DNA from: Saccostrea cucullata
Lineage: Eukaryota
Length of the DNA: 64,000 bases
NCBI RefSeq assembly: GCF_032062105.1
Contig: NW_026931870.1
Location: forward strand, 62,001 to 126,000
Direction: 5' to 3'
This document shows positions 61,901 through 64,000 of this stretch, in pieces. Numbering within the stretch: the stretch's first letter is position 1; each line of letters opens with the position of its first letter. Below the pieces are notes generated by a model. That model was not told the origin of the DNA. It saw only the letters and a list, made by a program, of their open reading frames with translations, and did not search any database. The translations under genes and the position numbers were made by a program.

Positions 61901-62764
61901 TTGTGACCTTGACTGTGTCTTATATGCTAAAAATAGCTTTTTTGAACCTTCACCATAACTTTTGAACCATGAAAGATAGAGACTTCATATTTGGTATGCA
62001 TACTTCACTAATCAAGATCTTTCAAATGAGACCAAGATCAATGACCTTGTGACCTTCACTGTGACCTTTATGCTAAAGATATATTTTTTAAATTTGTTGT
62101 CGCTGGGCGCATTGTGTTTTACAAACACATCTTGTTTTGTCCTGTAAACTGCCCAGGTTTGTCTTTGAAGATTTGTCTAGCTGCTACTTTACGCTCAGAT
62201 TGCTATTTTAACAAAGTTACATACTATAATCATAAGTCTACAATACATGTCAGTATAAGTCGTGAGAAAAGTTTAATCTTTTGGCGACCCTCTCAACAAA
62301 ACGTCTATTTAAGAACATTGCAATTGAAATATTTTTCTCTCGCTGTTATTGATGGCATTGCTCGCTACACAGATATGCCAAATGAAGAAACAAATCTTGC
62401 ACGATGCTGTATATACATGCTGTCCAGAAGACATTGAAATGCATGTATATTATTTGAATTCTGATAATATTCCAGCAAATGACTCTTTTAAAATGTTGAC
62501 TCGTTTTCAACCAGGGGGTCAGACCCACTAGGATAAAAAAAAACTCATTACAGATTTTTAGAAAACATTACAATTGATTTATAGCTACTCACACAAATCA
62601 GACATGTTGGATCCAAAAATCAACTGTATATAATGCCATCTTAAGCTAAAAGTCAAATAATGATTGTTTTGTTGTAGTTGCGGGGAGGAAGCATACGTAT
62701 GAAGAATGTCATCCAGAGGATGAAGACGAGAAACCAGACCCAGGGGCACAGGAACAGTACAAAG
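58966..62764 (+). CDS. Putative internal exons of an unidentified gene: 58966-59016, 59582-59605, 62678-62764
   Basis: Three short purine-rich segments, each with a polypyrimidine-AG acceptor and a GTAAG/GTAGG donor, of 51, 24 and 87 nt. Two reading frames stay open across all three, so the frame is unresolved. Confidence 0.45.
59842..60987 (+). mobile_element. Second copy of the 33419-34746 HINE, inserted into a hairpin MITE (59800-61015, 8-bp TSD GTAGCTCT)
   Basis: Same 5' end, satellite units and 3' hairpin as the first copy. MITE arms CACAGGCACTTGTTTCG / CGAAACAAGTGCCTGTG lie on either side. Confidence 0.88.
61405..62137 (-). mobile_element. HINE-like element with about 4 satellite units of about 155 bp
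   Basis: Hairpin GGATCGAAAGATCC plus (TGTC)n at the left, repeated CAATGACCTTGTGACCTT units, CTTGTT terminus at the right. Confidence 0.75.
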
Positions 62765-63250
62765 GTAAGAATTACCACCGAAATTATTACCAAAAAGTTC
62801 AAAGGTACCCAGGGGCACAGGAACAGTACAAAGGTAAGAATTACCACCGAAATTATTACCAAAAAGTACAAAGGTACCCAGGGGCACAGGAACAGTACAA
62901 AGGTAAGAATTACCACCGAAATTATTACCAAAAAGTACAAAGGTACCCAGGGGCACAGGAACAGTACAAAGGTAAGAATTACCACCAAAATTATTACCAA
63001 AATGTACAAAGGTACCCAGGGGCACAGGAACAGTACAAAGGTAAGAATTACCACCGAAATTATTAAAGGGGCACAGGAACAGTACAAAGGTAAGAATTAC
63101 CACCGATATTATTACCAAAATGTACAAAGGTACCCAGGGGCACAGGAACAGTACAAAGGTAAGAATTACCACCGAAATTATTACCAAAAAGTACAAAGGT
63201 ACCCAGGGGCACAGGAACAGTACAAAGGTAAGAATTACCACCAAAAAGGA
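62738..63250. repeat. 69-bp minisatellite (about 7-8 units) copying an exon end, donor and intron start
   Basis: CCCAGGGGCACAGGAACAGTACAAAG|GTAAGAATTACCACCGAAATTATTACCAAAAAGTACAAAGGTA repeated. Confidence 0.92.
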
Positions 63251-63719
63251 AAGGTTAGAATAACCACCAAAATTACCACCAAACTGGAAAGGAAAGAAAA
63301 AATTCATAGTATAATTAGAAAGGACATATCACAGGTAATACACATAATATGAAAGTCCTATCTCTTCTCATTCAAAAAAGATATGACCAAGGTTAAAGGT
63401 TTTGTGACAGACAGACAGACTGACAGACGACTGAGATTGAATGTCCCCTGTGAGGGACAAAAATTACCACCAAAGAGAAGAATGATAAGAATCACCGAAA
63501 AGTACAAAGATTAGCATAACCTCAACGAAGTACAAAGGTTAGAATTGCCACAAAAGTAAAAGATTCATGTTAGAAGTGGTATCAAAAAGTATTTACTGAA
63601 AGAAAAGTATGAAAATAAGAATTACCACACAAAAATTTAAAGGTTTCTTAGGTTAAAATTTCCAGCAAATTGTACAAAGGTCCGCCACTGAAAATTACCA
63701 CGGAACGATTTGCAGTTAT

Positions 63720-64000
63720 CTCACCTCACCTTTCCTCTTCGTACCCGCTGGCACATAAGGCCCCAATACTCTGCCTCCACCTGCCTCTGTCTTTGGCCTC
63801 GCTGACGCCCAGCTATTCCATCCCAGCTATAGCCTCGCTTGCTCCGTGGTCTTTCGAATAGTTTTTGGCGGGCCTACTTTTCCCTTTCCTTCTGGATGCC
63901 ATGTCAGTGCCGTGGTATATATCCTGGTGTTGTCCATCCTCATTACACGGCCAATCCAATTCCACTTCCTGAGGGTAATTATTTCACTTGCACTAGTCGT
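63720..64000 (-). mobile_element. 3' end of an RTE-clade non-LTR retrotransposon
   Basis: RKWNWIGRVMRMDNTRI..ALTWHPEGKGKVGPPKT..AKDRGRWRQSIGALCASGYEEER*, with internal stops. Confidence 0.82.

Noticed and set aside
62585-63307. Long hydrophobic ORFs (240 and 144 aa) on the minus strand
   Set aside because: By-products of a 69-bp minisatellite; the splice signals point to the plus strand.

Overview
AT-rich eukaryotic, intron-containing DNA. The repeat families (Helentron-associated elements carrying satellite arrays, Naiad-like Penelope retroelements) suggest a bivalve mollusc, probably an oyster; this is inference. I rebuilt spliced gene models by hand from GT-AG junctions and exon phase. 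These are a polypeptide GalNAc-transferase (GALNT, 3' end outside the window), SLX9/FAM207A, a UBE2E-type ubiquitin E2, a TMEM26-like protein, a GPI-anchored Ly6/uPAR three-finger protein and a secreted stand-alone IgGFc-binding-domain protein. Two further partial genes are unidentified, and there is one tRNA-Ser(CGA). The rest is dense with mobile DNA: Naiad-like fragments, L2/CR1 and RTE 3' ends, many MITEs, a four-element HINE nest, a 2.5-kb EnSpm-like element and three minisatellites. There is no CRISPR array or prokaryotic system. The best leads are: (i) minisatellites built from real exons plus their splice sites, including about 17 copies of acceptor-microexon-donor spaced by unspliceable 19-nt introns; (ii) a conserved, apparently structured 3' motif in the Naiad-like family; (iii) HINEs carrying Pol III and NF-Y/E-box promoter modules; (iv) a candidate alternative first exon of UBE2E.
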